Shown here piece by piece: positions 31,224 through 41,374 of a stretch of 48,633 nucleotides of DNA (position 1 is the stretch's first letter; each line of letters begins with the position of its first letter). The translations under genes and the position numbers were made by a program. Location of the stretch: contig CAVSHO010000002.1 in assembly GCA_963727825.1 (NCBI GenBank), positions 1 through 48,633 on the forward strand, given 5' to 3'. The notes beneath the pieces are model-generated. The model had not been told where the DNA came from. It was given only the letters and a program-made list of their open reading frames with translations, and made no database searches. This DNA is from Ignavibacteriota bacterium. Its GTDB lineage: Bacteria; Bacteroidota; Ignavibacteria; UBA10030.

Positions 31224-32350
31224 CGTCTAAGTGTTCGCCCTTTCCACTGCATTGAACTTAATTGTCCAATTGCAGCCGCAATGACAATATACGGAACGTG
31301 TAAAATCTCTGCAATTAGAAAATAGAAAATTGGCACACGCTGGAGAAATAAACGTGCACCTGAACGAAGTGCAAAGTAATCCACAAATGCTTTAATCATA
31401 AGAGCAATAATTACTGGCAGTAAGAGCTTATGTTCTAAGGGAATGAGGGATACTGTTAGCGCAATGCTTAGAAAAAAAAGATATAAAGATATGAGCGTAA
31501 TAAAAATTGATTTGTTTTCATAATGGCCGCGTTTATTTGCCCAACGGATACGCTGTCGAAGAAACAAGGCCATTGTGTTTGATGATCTTGTAGTAATCAC
31601 AGCATCCGATTCGGGAGCAAATACAATTTTGCCAATTTTTCTAAAAATCATTCTATTCATGAGCGATTCGTCGTCGTTAGAGCTGCCATTATTGCCAAAA
31701 CCTCCTACAGCAACAAATGCGTCCTTTCGATAGGCAAGGTTTGCACCGTTGCAAATTATGGGTCTCTCTGAACCTATTAATCCGGCCGCCGTTGTTATAA
31801 GGCCAAGAAATTCCACTTGCTCAAGTTTGGAAAAAAAATCTTTACAATTTTGTTCTACCACAGGTCCAGCTACGAAAACAACATTGTTCTCAAAATGATT
31901 AGTCATAATTTCGATCCATCTTGGCGGGGTAATGCAATCGGCATCTGTTGTAAGAATGATTTCTCCTTCAGCTTGATTAATACCTTCAGCAATTGCCAAT
32001 GGTTTGCGGCCGGATTCGCGCTCTAAGCCAACCGGCAAAGAAAGAAGATGGATATTTGGATATCGTTCAGAAAAGGATCTTACGATGGAAGCAGTTTTAT
32101 CTATGGAACCATCATCTACGACAATGATTTCATATCTATTTGTTGGATAGGTTTGTTGAATAAGCGATTGAAGACATTGGGCAATTGATTTTTCTTCGTT
32201 TCGGGCTGCCACGATAACAGTAGCAATTGATCGAATTTTTTTTGAGGATGCAACCTGAAGCTTTAGCAAACCCTTACGAACATATGTGATAAAATAGGCG
32301 TAGTAGATCGTAAAAATAGTGAGCAGTCCAAGTGTAATAGTCTCAATCAT
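31220..32350 (-). CDS. Membrane GT2 glycosyltransferase
   Basis: AARNEE, TDADC, NGANLAYRK, NDDE, QRIRW, WKGR. Confidence 0.9.
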   Translation of the reverse strand: MIETITLGLLTIFTIYYAYFITYVRKGLLKLQVASSKKIRSIATVIVAARNEEKSIAQCLQSLIQQTYPTNRYEIIVVDDGSIDKTASIVRSFSERYPNIHLLSLPVGLERESGRKPLAIAEGINQAEGEIILTTDADCITPPRWIEIMTNHFENNVVFVAGPVVEQNCKDFFSKLEQVEFLGLITTAAGLIGSERPIICNGANLAYRKDAFVAVGGFGNNGSSNDDESLMNRMIFRKIGKIVFAPESDAVITTRSSNTMALFLRQRIRWANKRGHYENKSIFITLISLYLFFLSIALTVSLIPLEHKLLLPVIIALMIKAFVDYFALRSGARLFLQRVPIFYFLIAEILHVPYIVIAAAIGQLSSMQWKGRTLRR

Positions 32351-32362
32351 CGTATTGTTGTG

Positions 32363-33352
32363 TTATTTTTTCCAAAATTTTAATTGCTTAAATATAGAAA
32401 GTTGTTGATGTCTTATAAAGTATGTTCCTATTGTACTTGGAATAAATATATTGATAAAAAAAAGTAACAATGATGCATTCAAAGCGGCGGCTTGTGAAAT
32501 GCCGTAAGTTGAAAAGAAAAATATCGAACCTGCCTCTCGAATACCAAGATCACCTATAGAAATCGGGAGCAGAGATTTTACAAACATCATAGCACTTGTT
32601 CCGATGAATGCATGCATTAGACTGATTTTGGAGAAACTATTAACAAGGCAAAACATTTGCAGAATTAGAACGCAATGAAAAACAAGTGTGTATACTAGGG
32701 TAATGAACAATTGCTGTAGATTGAGAAGATTAAAACCATCAAGAACTCTCGTTAGCCATGGTTTCTGTAAAAAAGAAGCGTTAAATCGGTGCCCGAGTGT
32801 CGCAATCGTTCCCAAGCGCATGACAAAAACACTCGAAAGGAATACGATAATAATCGTCACTAATATTATAATCAGAAGATTGTTAAATGTTAAACATGCA
32901 AGGCTTACGATACCAGCACAGCTTGTAACAATAAATATCTGCGCTTTATCCAATAGTGTCAACCCAACTAGATGAGATCGTTTTACATCAGTAACATGCA
33001 AGGCACGGCCCGCAAATTCACCTATTTCGCCTGGTGTAAATGAACCGAGAGAAATTCCAAGCATAAACGAACCGAACGCCTCTTTAAAAGTTGGCTTTTC
33101 CTTAATTGAGCATAGCATTGTGCGCCATTTACAAACGCGCACGCCTATATTAACAAATAAAAGCGAAGCCGCAATAAAAATATAACGGCCGTCAGCAAAC
33201 TCATAAGCGACAATAACATTCTGCCATTGTACCAAGGAAATAATAAAGTATAAAACTATTGCACTGACAATAATACGAGTTACAATAGAGATCACTTTCT
33301 TCCACGGCCACCCAGATTTGCCCGCATCTATTTTGTTAAACTCGGTTTCCAT
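32363..33352 (-). CDS. Flippase-like membrane protein (lysylphosphatidylglycerol synthase TM / UPF0104)
   Basis: KW; FTPGEIGE; PISIGDLGIRE; polytopic. Confidence 0.85.
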   Translation of the reverse strand: METEFNKIDAGKSGWPWKKVISIVTRIIVSAIVLYFIISLVQWQNVIVAYEFADGRYIFIAASLLFVNIGVRVCKWRTMLCSIKEKPTFKEAFGSFMLGISLGSFTPGEIGEFAGRALHVTDVKRSHLVGLTLLDKAQIFIVTSCAGIVSLACLTFNNLLIIILVTIIIVFLSSVFVMRLGTIATLGHRFNASFLQKPWLTRVLDGFNLLNLQQLFITLVYTLVFHCVLILQMFCLVNSFSKISLMHAFIGTSAMMFVKSLLPISIGDLGIREAGSIFFFSTYGISQAAALNASLLLFFINIFIPSTIGTYFIRHQQLSIFKQLKFWKK

Positions 33353-34480
33353 GCAAATTTTCTGAAAATACCCAATGGCCCGATAAGGGAATTATAAAGA
33401 ATGTATAAGATTTCCATAAGAATAAATGAAGAACGAAAATTATTTGTGTCAAATGTTCGATAAGAATATTTGAATAAGACGATGTCACCCAATAATTTTG
33501 AACAAAATACTGCAATTACTATAGGCAGAGATAAGACATTCATCAGGAACAGAAAAGGAGAGATCAAGAGCAACAAATTTGATGCATGATACAAGAAAAA
33601 AAATGACATCAATGGCAATGTGAAGAACTTAGCGGCTGAAAAATGTCGTTTCCGCTGTTCTATAAACGACCAGAGGTTCATTGGCGGTACCGTTGGAACA
33701 AAACTTTCTCGCGTTTTAATATAATTAATCTTCCAGTCTGTTTGCCTGCGCACAAGTTGTAGAAAAAGGTCATCATCACCACTAATGGACATTTTAATTT
33801 TTTCGAAATCCATCCACTTCGTCATATACTTTTCTTCTGTACGCAAGATTTCTTCCTGTACAGAGCCATCCGACATTCCAACCAATCGAACCAGCCGCCC
33901 ATATTGCAGCACGAAATTCCTCATAACCAATGAAATTGAAAAATAATTTATTAAAAAATGCGGCTTTAGATATCTGGCTATTCGGAATTCGATATGGCGA
34001 ATAACCAGCCACAAGTCCTACGTTTGGTTTAAAGGATTTCACTAGTTCTTCAACCCAATTAGCGGTTGGGAAGCAATCTGCATCCGTAAAACATAGAATC
34101 TCTCCTTTGCTTGCTTCAATACCGGCTCTAAGAGCATTTTTTTTAGCTGGCATATCATCTTGAAAACCTGTGATATTAATATGCGTGATATTTGAACAAT
34201 CCTTCTGGAAGTCGGAAACTAATTGAGCTGTTTTATCTGTAGAACGATCATTTATAATGATAATTTCGCATTGCGAGTATGTTTGATGAGTAAGACAATG
34301 AAGAAGCTGGCAAATATTTTTTTCTTCGTTGCGCGCTGCTACAATAATGGAAACAAAAGGTTGTTCATTGCTTATAGAATCATCTAACCTTCTTATACCT
34401 ACGATCAGACCAAAATGAACAAGTAGATAGAAAGCAGCCGCAAGTAATAGAAAAAGATTAATAATAATTGCAATCTCCAT
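33328..34480 (-). pseudogene. Membrane GT2 glycosyltransferase split by a +1 frameshift near 33798-33808 (likely sequencing error)
   Basis: AARNEE, TDADC, GRNLAYR..VDGF joins EKIKMSISGDDDLF...QRKRH. Confidence 0.87.
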
Positions 34481-34564
34481 AACAATATCATAATCGGAAA
34501 TAATGGGTTCTTATGCAACGCCCAATACACGCTAAAATAGAAACGTTGAATTATGCAAACACAA

Positions 34565-34593
34565 TTGAAAATCGCACATCTTCCATATATATT
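34565..34593 (+). promoter_or_regulatory. sigma70-type promoter for udk
   Basis: TTGAAA-N17-TATATT. Confidence 0.55.
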
Positions 34594-34628
34594 GCGATAA
34601 GTTATTCCACAATCATTAAGAGAAATAA

Positions 34629-35270
34629 ATGAAACCACTTGTCATAGGATTAGCAGGCGGCACCGGCTCTGGAAAGACTTCGGTTGCAAATAAAATTTTG
34701 AATCGGCTCGATAGAAATCATATCGTGGTTCTACAACACGATTCTTATTATAAAGATCTTGAAAAATTTGGAGGACTTACTCCGGATAAAATCAATTTTG
34801 ATCACCCGGACTCTCTTGAAACGGACATCTTAATTCAGCATATCAGGCAGCTCTGCGATGGAAAGACTATCTATCAACCTGTTTATAATTTTGCTACAAA
34901 CCGCCGAATGGTTGAGACCCAGCAAATTGTCCCTAAAGAAATTATCATCATAGATGGCATTTTAATCTTTGTTGAAAAGCGCCTTCGCGAGTTGATGGAT
35001 ATAAAAATATTTGTCGATACCGATGCAGATGAACGCCTTATTCGGAGAATACGACGTGATATTCTTGAGCGCGGGCGTTCTGTAGAAACGGTAATGAACC
35101 AATATCTCAGTACGGTAAAACCGATGCATCTTGAATTTGTGGAACCAAGCAAACATTGGGCAGATATTATCATTCCTCGCGGCGCAGATAATCTTGTTGC
35201 GGTTGATATGGTAGTGACAAAAATAAAATCGATGATTGCAGCAAAAGGAACAATTGCCGAATTATCATGA
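34629..35270 (+). CDS. udk: Uridine kinase
   Basis: GGTGSGKT, DSYYKD, NFDHPDS, RRIRRD..ERGR, VKPMH. Confidence 0.97.
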   Translation: MKPLVIGLAGGTGSGKTSVANKILNRLDRNHIVVLQHDSYYKDLEKFGGLTPDKINFDHPDSLETDILIQHIRQLCDGKTIYQPVYNFATNRRMVETQQIVPKEIIIIDGILIFVEKRLRELMDIKIFVDTDADERLIRRIRRDILERGRSVETVMNQYLSTVKPMHLEFVEPSKHWADIIIPRGADNLVAVDMVVTKIKSMIAAKGTIAELS

Positions 35271-35338
35271 TTACATTTAAACATTCTTATTTTTGCATGG
35301 TGATTGATGTACTCATTTAGCGCTACTTTTTGCATTTC

Positions 35339-35367
35339 TTGACTCTCCGTCAAAAATGCGATATCTT
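35339..35367 (+). promoter_or_regulatory. sigma70-type promoter for the M16 peptidase gene
   Basis: TTGACT-N17-TATCTT; supports a GTG start at 35423. Confidence 0.55.
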
Positions 35368-35422
35368 CCTCATAGAAAATATTTTCTATCAAAGTTCTTC
35401 ATTCGTTTATCATCAGGACTCT

Positions 35423-36753
35423 GTGAATCAACAACAAAAGCTTAAAACCATAAGACGAGCAGTATTGCCTTCTTCTATACATAAAGTTGAATCGACTTAT
35501 CAAAAGTCCATTCTTCCTAACGGTGTTCGCATTGTTACGGAAGAAATCCCACATGTACGGTCACTGTCATTGGGTTTTTGGATCGAAACAGGATCACGAG
35601 ACGAGTTTCCTGCGAATAATGGAATATCACATTTCATCGAACACATGGTATTTAAAGGAACGAAAAAGAGAAATGTTAAGGAAATAGCTCAAAGTATCGA
35701 ATCAGTTGGCGGCTATCTAAATGCCTTCACAAGTAAGGAACACACTTGTTACTATGCACGAGTTCTCGATGAACATCTCGAATTGGCAACAGATGTATTG
35801 AGCGATATGGTGTTTCAACCAACATTTCCGGAGAAAGAATTTAGTAAAGAAAGAAATGTTATTCTTGAAGAGTTGAAGCAAGCTGAAGATGATCCGGATG
35901 ATATTATCCAAGATTATTTTGAGAAAGCAATTTATCAAAACCAATCCGCTTGGAATGCCGGTTATAGGCACGGCGAAATCGATTTCTTCAATTACACGCA
36001 AAGATCTTATTCAATATAGAACAGAGCAGTACACCTCTTCGAAACTTGTTGTTGCAGCAGCCGGCAACCTTAGACATGAAGATGTCGTGGAATATTCTAA
36101 GCGCTACATCCAAAAGAGTACCTGATAGTACAAGTAAAAAAGTAGAACACGATCTATCTGTTTTTGAAGAACCGAGTTCTGTGTTACACGAATACTACAA
36201 GCCGATTCAGCAAGCCCATATATGTCTGGGAACAATCGGTTTCCGAGTGCACGATGAAAGACGTTTCTCGATGCAGGTACTTAATACATTGTTAGGGGAT
36301 GGAATGAGCTCGCGGTTATTTCAGAACATTAGGGAAAAATATGGATTCGCTTATGCAGTATTCAGTTTCAACAATATGATGGAGGAAACAGGCGCTGCCG
36401 GTGTGTATATCGGTACCGATAATTCTCATGTTCAACAATGCATTGATCTTGTGTGGAAAGAATTAAAATCATTGCGTACGCAAGGCATCACAAAACAGGA
36501 ACTTGCACGCACAAAAGCACAGTTAAAAGGAAATATGATGCTGGGAATGGAAAACATACCCAACAGAATGATACGTTTAGGTAGCTCTGAATTGTATTTT
36601 GGAGAATTAATCGCACTTGACACGATTATCAATAAAATTGATGCTGTAACACGGGAAGATGTGCAGCAGATAGCGGAAGAATTGTTTAAGGAAGATCGTT
36701 TCGCAACAGTTATCTTCCATCCTAATGGCAAACACGAGACTACGACAAAATAG
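35423..36753 (+). pseudogene. M16 (pitrilysin-family) zinc peptidase split by two +1 frameshifts (about 35937-35940 and 36110-36115; likely sequencing errors)
   Basis: GSRDE, HFIEH (HxxEH), NAFT; middle piece PLGMPVIG...VAAAGN; C-terminal GDGMSSRLFQNIREKYGFAY. Confidence 0.9.
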
Positions 36754-36776
36754 TATAATCACCAATAAATAACTTT

Positions 36777-38009
36777 ATGGAATCATCTGATTCACATAAC
36801 GCAAAAACTGCACTTCTAATTTCTCGAAGAGGGCGAGAAGTACAAGGATCTCCTATTCGAAAACTTGCGGCCATTGCAGATGCCCGCAAGAAGGAGGGAA
36901 TCCATGTCTACCATTTGAATATCGGTCAGCCGGATTTACCGACACCCTTACCCGTGCTTGAAGTGGTGCATAATATTTCACGTCGGACAATTGAATACGC
37001 ACCATCCAACGGTTTACCGGAATCACTAACAGCATGGAAAAAATATTTTAATCATTTCGGAATTTTCTTTGAGGAAAGTGAACTTATTGTTACAACTGGC
37101 GGATCCGAAGCAATTACTTTAGCAATGTGTGCTGTCTGCGACACAGATGATGAGATAATAGTGTTCGAACCAACATATGCAAATTACAATGGTTTTGCAG
37201 GTATCGCGAATGTAAAAATCAGGGCTGTTTCTACATCGATAGAAAATGGCTTCCATCTTCCAGCGGAAGAAGAGATAGAAGCCTTTGTTACTAATAGGAC
37301 ACGAGGGATCCTTTATTGCAGTCCATCTAATCCTACCGGCACAATTTATAGTCGAGAAGAAATTCAACGGCTAGTCAATGTGGCGACAAAGCATGGATTA
37401 TTTATTCTCTCCGACGAAACATATCGCGAGTTTGCGTACGAGAAAAAAGCAATAAGCATTGCGGATTTTCCACAGATGCGAGATGGCGCAATTGTGCTTG
37501 AAAGCTGTTCAAAAAAATTCAACGTATGCGGCGTTCGTATCGGTGTGCTTGCAAGTCACAACAAGGAAATTATTTCTACAATATTGAAGTTTTGTCAAGC
37601 ACGGCTTTCAGTGGCAACGATTGAACAATTAGCTATGGTCCCGCTTCTTGAAAATCCGGAGCCGTACACGCAGCCCATCGTTGAAGAATTTAGGAAACGA
37701 CGTAACGTAGTATGTGAAGAGTTAAAATCTATTCCTGGTGTTACATTTTACAGACCAGAGGGAGCATTTTATATCACTGTAGGTCTACCTGTTCAAGATT
37801 CTGAACATTTCTGCAAATGGCTTATTGAAGAATATGAAGATGAGCGTGAAACTGTCCTTTTAGCACCAGCACAAGGATTTTATTCCACGAAGGGCAAGGG
37901 AATGAATGAAGTTCGTTTAGCGTTCATGTTGAAGGTCGATGATCTTAAGCGGTCACTCATAATACTCAAGAAAGCACTCGAAGTATATCAGCATAGAATA
38001 TTGCAATAA
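36777..38009 (+). CDS. PLP-dependent aminotransferase class I/II
   Basis: HLNIGQPD, PSNPTG, DETYREF, SCSKKFNVCGVRIG. Confidence 0.93.
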   Translation: MESSDSHNAKTALLISRRGREVQGSPIRKLAAIADARKKEGIHVYHLNIGQPDLPTPLPVLEVVHNISRRTIEYAPSNGLPESLTAWKKYFNHFGIFFEESELIVTTGGSEAITLAMCAVCDTDDEIIVFEPTYANYNGFAGIANVKIRAVSTSIENGFHLPAEEEIEAFVTNRTRGILYCSPSNPTGTIYSREEIQRLVNVATKHGLFILSDETYREFAYEKKAISIADFPQMRDGAIVLESCSKKFNVCGVRIGVLASHNKEIISTILKFCQARLSVATIEQLAMVPLLENPEPYTQPIVEEFRKRRNVVCEELKSIPGVTFYRPEGAFYITVGLPVQDSEHFCKWLIEEYEDERETVLLAPAQGFYSTKGKGMNEVRLAFMLKVDDLKRSLIILKKALEVYQHRILQ

Positions 38010-38025
38010 AAAGATATGTAACGTA

Positions 38026-39705
38026 ATGATAAAGATTAAGATTGACGGAAAAGAATTAGAAGTTGATCCGAAACTGACGATCATTCAGGCAGCATTTCAG
38101 AATGGAATTGAAATTCCGCATTTCTGTTGGCATTCGAAACTCTCCGTCTCTGGTAACTGCAGGATGTGTCTCGTAGAAATTGAGAAAATGTCGAAATTGG
38201 CGATCGCTTGTGCAACTCAAGTTGCAGAGGGCATGGTAATCAAGACAAAGAGTGCGAAAGTTGTAAAAGCTCGTAATGCTGTCATGGAATTTTTACTGAT
38301 TAATCATCCGTTGGATTGCCCGATTTGCGATGAAGCAGGTGAATGTAAGTTACAGGATTACACATATAACTACAGTGTTGGTTCAAGCCGATTTCAGGAA
38401 GACAAAATCCATAAACCCAAACGTGTAGAACTTGGTCCGAATGTAATGCTGGATGTTGAGCGATGCATTTTGTGTTCTCGATGTATAAGGTTTTCCGAGG
38501 AAATTGCTCATCAAAAAGTGCTTGCATTCACTGGGCGTGGTGCGCATATTATTCTTACAACTTTTCCCGGGACTCAATTAGACAATCCCTATTCAATGAA
38601 TGTAGTTGATATCTGTCCTGTTGGAGCATTAACAAGCCGTGATTTCCGATTTAAAGCGCGTGTATGGGAAATGTCTTCGACAGAAAGTATTTGTATCGGC
38701 TGTGCTCGAGGATGCAATACGAATGTGTGGATACGCAACAACGAAATCTTACGACTCACTCCAAGAGAGAATGAAGATGTGAATTCTTCTTGGATGTGCG
38801 ATGAAGGCAGAGTGAATTCATTCAAGTTCGTCTCGAGCGAGAATCGTATTAATGGACCACTGATCCGAAAAGACGGTGTGCATGTGGAAGTCGGCTGGGA
38901 TGAAGCAATTTCCAAAGTCGTTTCAGAGCTACACACATATCGCAAACATGAAATAGCCGGCATCGGATCTGCCTATTGTACGAATGAAGACAACTATATC
39001 TTCGCTAGATTTTTCAAAGAGGTTATTGGAAATAAAAACCTGGGTTTTTTAAAGCACATAAAACTCGGGAGTGAAGATGACTTGTTGATCCGTGCTGATA
39101 AAACGCCAAATAGTCTTGGCGCATCCATCGTTGGCTTAGTAGCAGACAATAAAATAGACGGCATTGATCATATCCTTAAAGGAATTTTAAGCGGCACTAT
39201 CAAAGTGCTTTACGTACTTGAAGATAATATCGCAGCAGATTCCAAGATAGCTGAAATTCTAACAAATCTTGAAATGTTGATTGTCCACTCGTCAACAAAG
39301 AATGAAACTACGAAACGAGCTGATGTTGTTCTGTCTGCTTCGACTTTTGCGGAAAAACATGGAACGTATACAAATTTCAATGGGCGCGTTCAACGTGTCC
39401 GACCTGCAGTTGCAATGATTGAACAAGAGCGTGCGCCCGATGGAATGGCAATGAGCCGTTGGGATAAATTTGCAGCGCGAAATGATTCTTGGGGAAAAGG
39501 GACCAAACGCGATGCACGTTCGACTTGGAGGATAATTGCAGCAGTCGCTTCTGCAATGGGCGTGAAAATGAAGTATGCTTCTGCAGAAGAAGTATTTAAG
39601 GAGATGGCAGAACGTGTTCCTGCATTCAAAGGGTTATCGTACTCAAAAATTGGAACTCAAGGAGCATACCTTAAAAAAGAATTCATCAATATGGGTAAAG
39701 TATAA
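38026..39705 (+). CDS. nuoG: NADH-quinone oxidoreductase subunit G (short form)
   Basis: FCWH...GNCRMC, HPLDCPICDEAGEC, CILCSRC...CPVGAL, CIGCARGC...CDEGR. Confidence 0.9.
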   Translation: MIKIKIDGKELEVDPKLTIIQAAFQNGIEIPHFCWHSKLSVSGNCRMCLVEIEKMSKLAIACATQVAEGMVIKTKSAKVVKARNAVMEFLLINHPLDCPICDEAGECKLQDYTYNYSVGSSRFQEDKIHKPKRVELGPNVMLDVERCILCSRCIRFSEEIAHQKVLAFTGRGAHIILTTFPGTQLDNPYSMNVVDICPVGALTSRDFRFKARVWEMSSTESICIGCARGCNTNVWIRNNEILRLTPRENEDVNSSWMCDEGRVNSFKFVSSENRINGPLIRKDGVHVEVGWDEAISKVVSELHTYRKHEIAGIGSAYCTNEDNYIFARFFKEVIGNKNLGFLKHIKLGSEDDLLIRADKTPNSLGASIVGLVADNKIDGIDHILKGILSGTIKVLYVLEDNIAADSKIAEILTNLEMLIVHSSTKNETTKRADVVLSASTFAEKHGTYTNFNGRVQRVRPAVAMIEQERAPDGMAMSRWDKFAARNDSWGKGTKRDARSTWRIIAAVASAMGVKMKYASAEEVFKEMAERVPAFKGLSYSKIGTQGAYLKKEFINMGKV

Positions 39706-39735
39706 AAAGCATATTCGATTTAATAAGAGTATTCA

Positions 39736-40782
39736 ATGGATTTAATCTCAATATTCATTCTTCTTGTAAAAATTGCAGTTATTATGCTTTTTGTTTTGAT
39801 TTTCGGTGCCGCAATGGCTGTTCTAGCAGAGCGTCGCATCAGCGCATTTATTCAAGATCGACTCGGTCCTAATCGCGTTGGTCCTGGGGGAATCATTCAA
39901 CCGTTCGCCGATGTGGTAAAACTGATGATGAAAGAAGATATTGTCCCTTTGCAGGCAAACCGTTTCATTCACGATCTTGCACCAATCGTTTCGATTAGTG
40001 TCGCCCTCAGCACCTTTGCCATTATTCCATTCGGCAATACAATTGAATTACTCGGACGGCAAATAAAACTTATCATCGCAGATGTAGATATTGGAATATT
40101 GTATCTTCTTGCTCTTACTTCAATCGGTGTTTATGGTGTTAGTCTTGCGGGGTGGTCATCGAATAATAAGTATTCGCTGTTGGGCGGATTGCGTTCATCA
40201 GCACAGTTGATCAGTTATGAATTATCAATGGGATTATCGATCATCGGTGTAATAATGATTTGTGGCACACTTCGCCTTGATCAAATTGTTCTCCATCAAA
40301 CAGAGTACTTCTGGGGCATTATACCGAAGTGGAATATTTTTCTTCAGCCGCTTGGTTTCATTACGTTTTTAATTGCATCGTTTGCGGAAACAAATCGTCT
40401 TCCATTTGATTTACCTGAAGCAGAACCAGAATTAGTCGGCGGTTATCACACAGAATATACTGGAATGAAGTTCGGTCTTTTTTTTCTTGCCGAATACGCA
40501 AATGTTATTACATCAAGCGCGGTAACAGTTACATTGTTTTTTGGGGGGTGGCATCTTCCATATATCGAATATTTAGGTTTATCACCATTTGTGACAAGTC
40601 TTCTGCAAATATTAACTTTTCTTTTAAAAGTTATTTTGCTCGTTGTGTTTTTTATCATCGTACGATGGACTATTCCGCGCTTTCGCTATGATCAATTAAT
40701 GCGGATTGGATGGAAGGTAATGCTGCCAATTTCAATAGCGAATTTTTTAATCACTGGTTTAATGATATTATTCCTTCAATAG
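39736..40782 (+). CDS. nuoH: NADH-quinone oxidoreductase subunit H
   Basis: ERR...QDRLGPNRVGP, AETNRLPFDLPEAEPELV.GY.TEY, PRFRYDQLM. Confidence 0.97.
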   Translation: MDLISIFILLVKIAVIMLFVLIFGAAMAVLAERRISAFIQDRLGPNRVGPGGIIQPFADVVKLMMKEDIVPLQANRFIHDLAPIVSISVALSTFAIIPFGNTIELLGRQIKLIIADVDIGILYLLALTSIGVYGVSLAGWSSNNKYSLLGGLRSSAQLISYELSMGLSIIGVIMICGTLRLDQIVLHQTEYFWGIIPKWNIFLQPLGFITFLIASFAETNRLPFDLPEAEPELVGGYHTEYTGMKFGLFFLAEYANVITSSAVTVTLFFGGWHLPYIEYLGLSPFVTSLLQILTFLLKVILLVVFFIIVRWTIPRFRYDQLMRIGWKVMLPISIANFLITGLMILFLQ

Positions 40783-40796
40783 TGACGAATGAAAAT

Positions 40797-41297
40797 ATGA
40801 GTTCTTACAGTCAAATAATCCGCAAGAAAGATCTCAACATTTTGCAGAAAACATATATTCCGGAAATTCTTAAAGGACTTGGGATGACGATCAGGCAAAT
40901 GTTTAGACCTACGTTTACGTCTCAATTTCCAGAGGAACGTTTTAAACCTGAATCATCATTTCGCGGAAGGCCTGTGCTTGTTGCTGAAAATGGTGTCGAA
41001 CGCTGTGTCGCTTGCGGGCTTTGCGCGCGCGTATGTCCTGCACTTGCTATTGAAGTGCAGGCTGCAGAAACAGAACTTGAAAAAGAACGTTATCCGATAA
41101 AATTTGAAATCAATATGGTACGATGTATTTTCTGCGGATTTTGCGAAGAAGTCTGTCCGGAGGAAGCCATTGTAATGAGCAACGAGTATCTACTGGTATT
41201 TTCGAGCCAAGAAGAAGCTTTATTTGGCAAAGAGAGACTCCTTAAATCAACGGAGGAATTGAAGGAGCGTTTAGAATATTTACAGAATCACAGATAA
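40797..41297 (+). CDS. nuoI: NADH-quinone oxidoreductase subunit I
   Basis: CVACGLCARVCP and CIFCGFCEEVCP; start moved to ATG at 40797, after the nuoH stop. Confidence 0.95.
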   Translation: MSSYSQIIRKKDLNILQKTYIPEILKGLGMTIRQMFRPTFTSQFPEERFKPESSFRGRPVLVAENGVERCVACGLCARVCPALAIEVQAAETELEKERYPIKFEINMVRCIFCGFCEEVCPEEAIVMSNEYLLVFSSQEEALFGKERLLKSTEELKERLEYLQNHR

Positions 41298-41374
41298 AAG
41301 ATACTAAGACTTTATTTAACACATGTTAAATGGCTTGAAACAATTAACTTTCTAACAAGGAACTACCTACTATC

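Noticed and set aside
35330-35422. N-terminal extension of the M16 ORF from TTG 35330
   Set aside because: It overlaps a good promoter; GTG at 35423 with an upstream AGGA fits better.
18266-36115. Programmed ribosomal frameshifting in the split genes
   Set aside because: No shared slippery heptamer or stimulatory structure, and these families are not known for recoding.
40710-40796. N-terminal extension of NuoI
   Set aside because: It overlaps nuoH by 73 bp; ATG at 40797 is more plausible.
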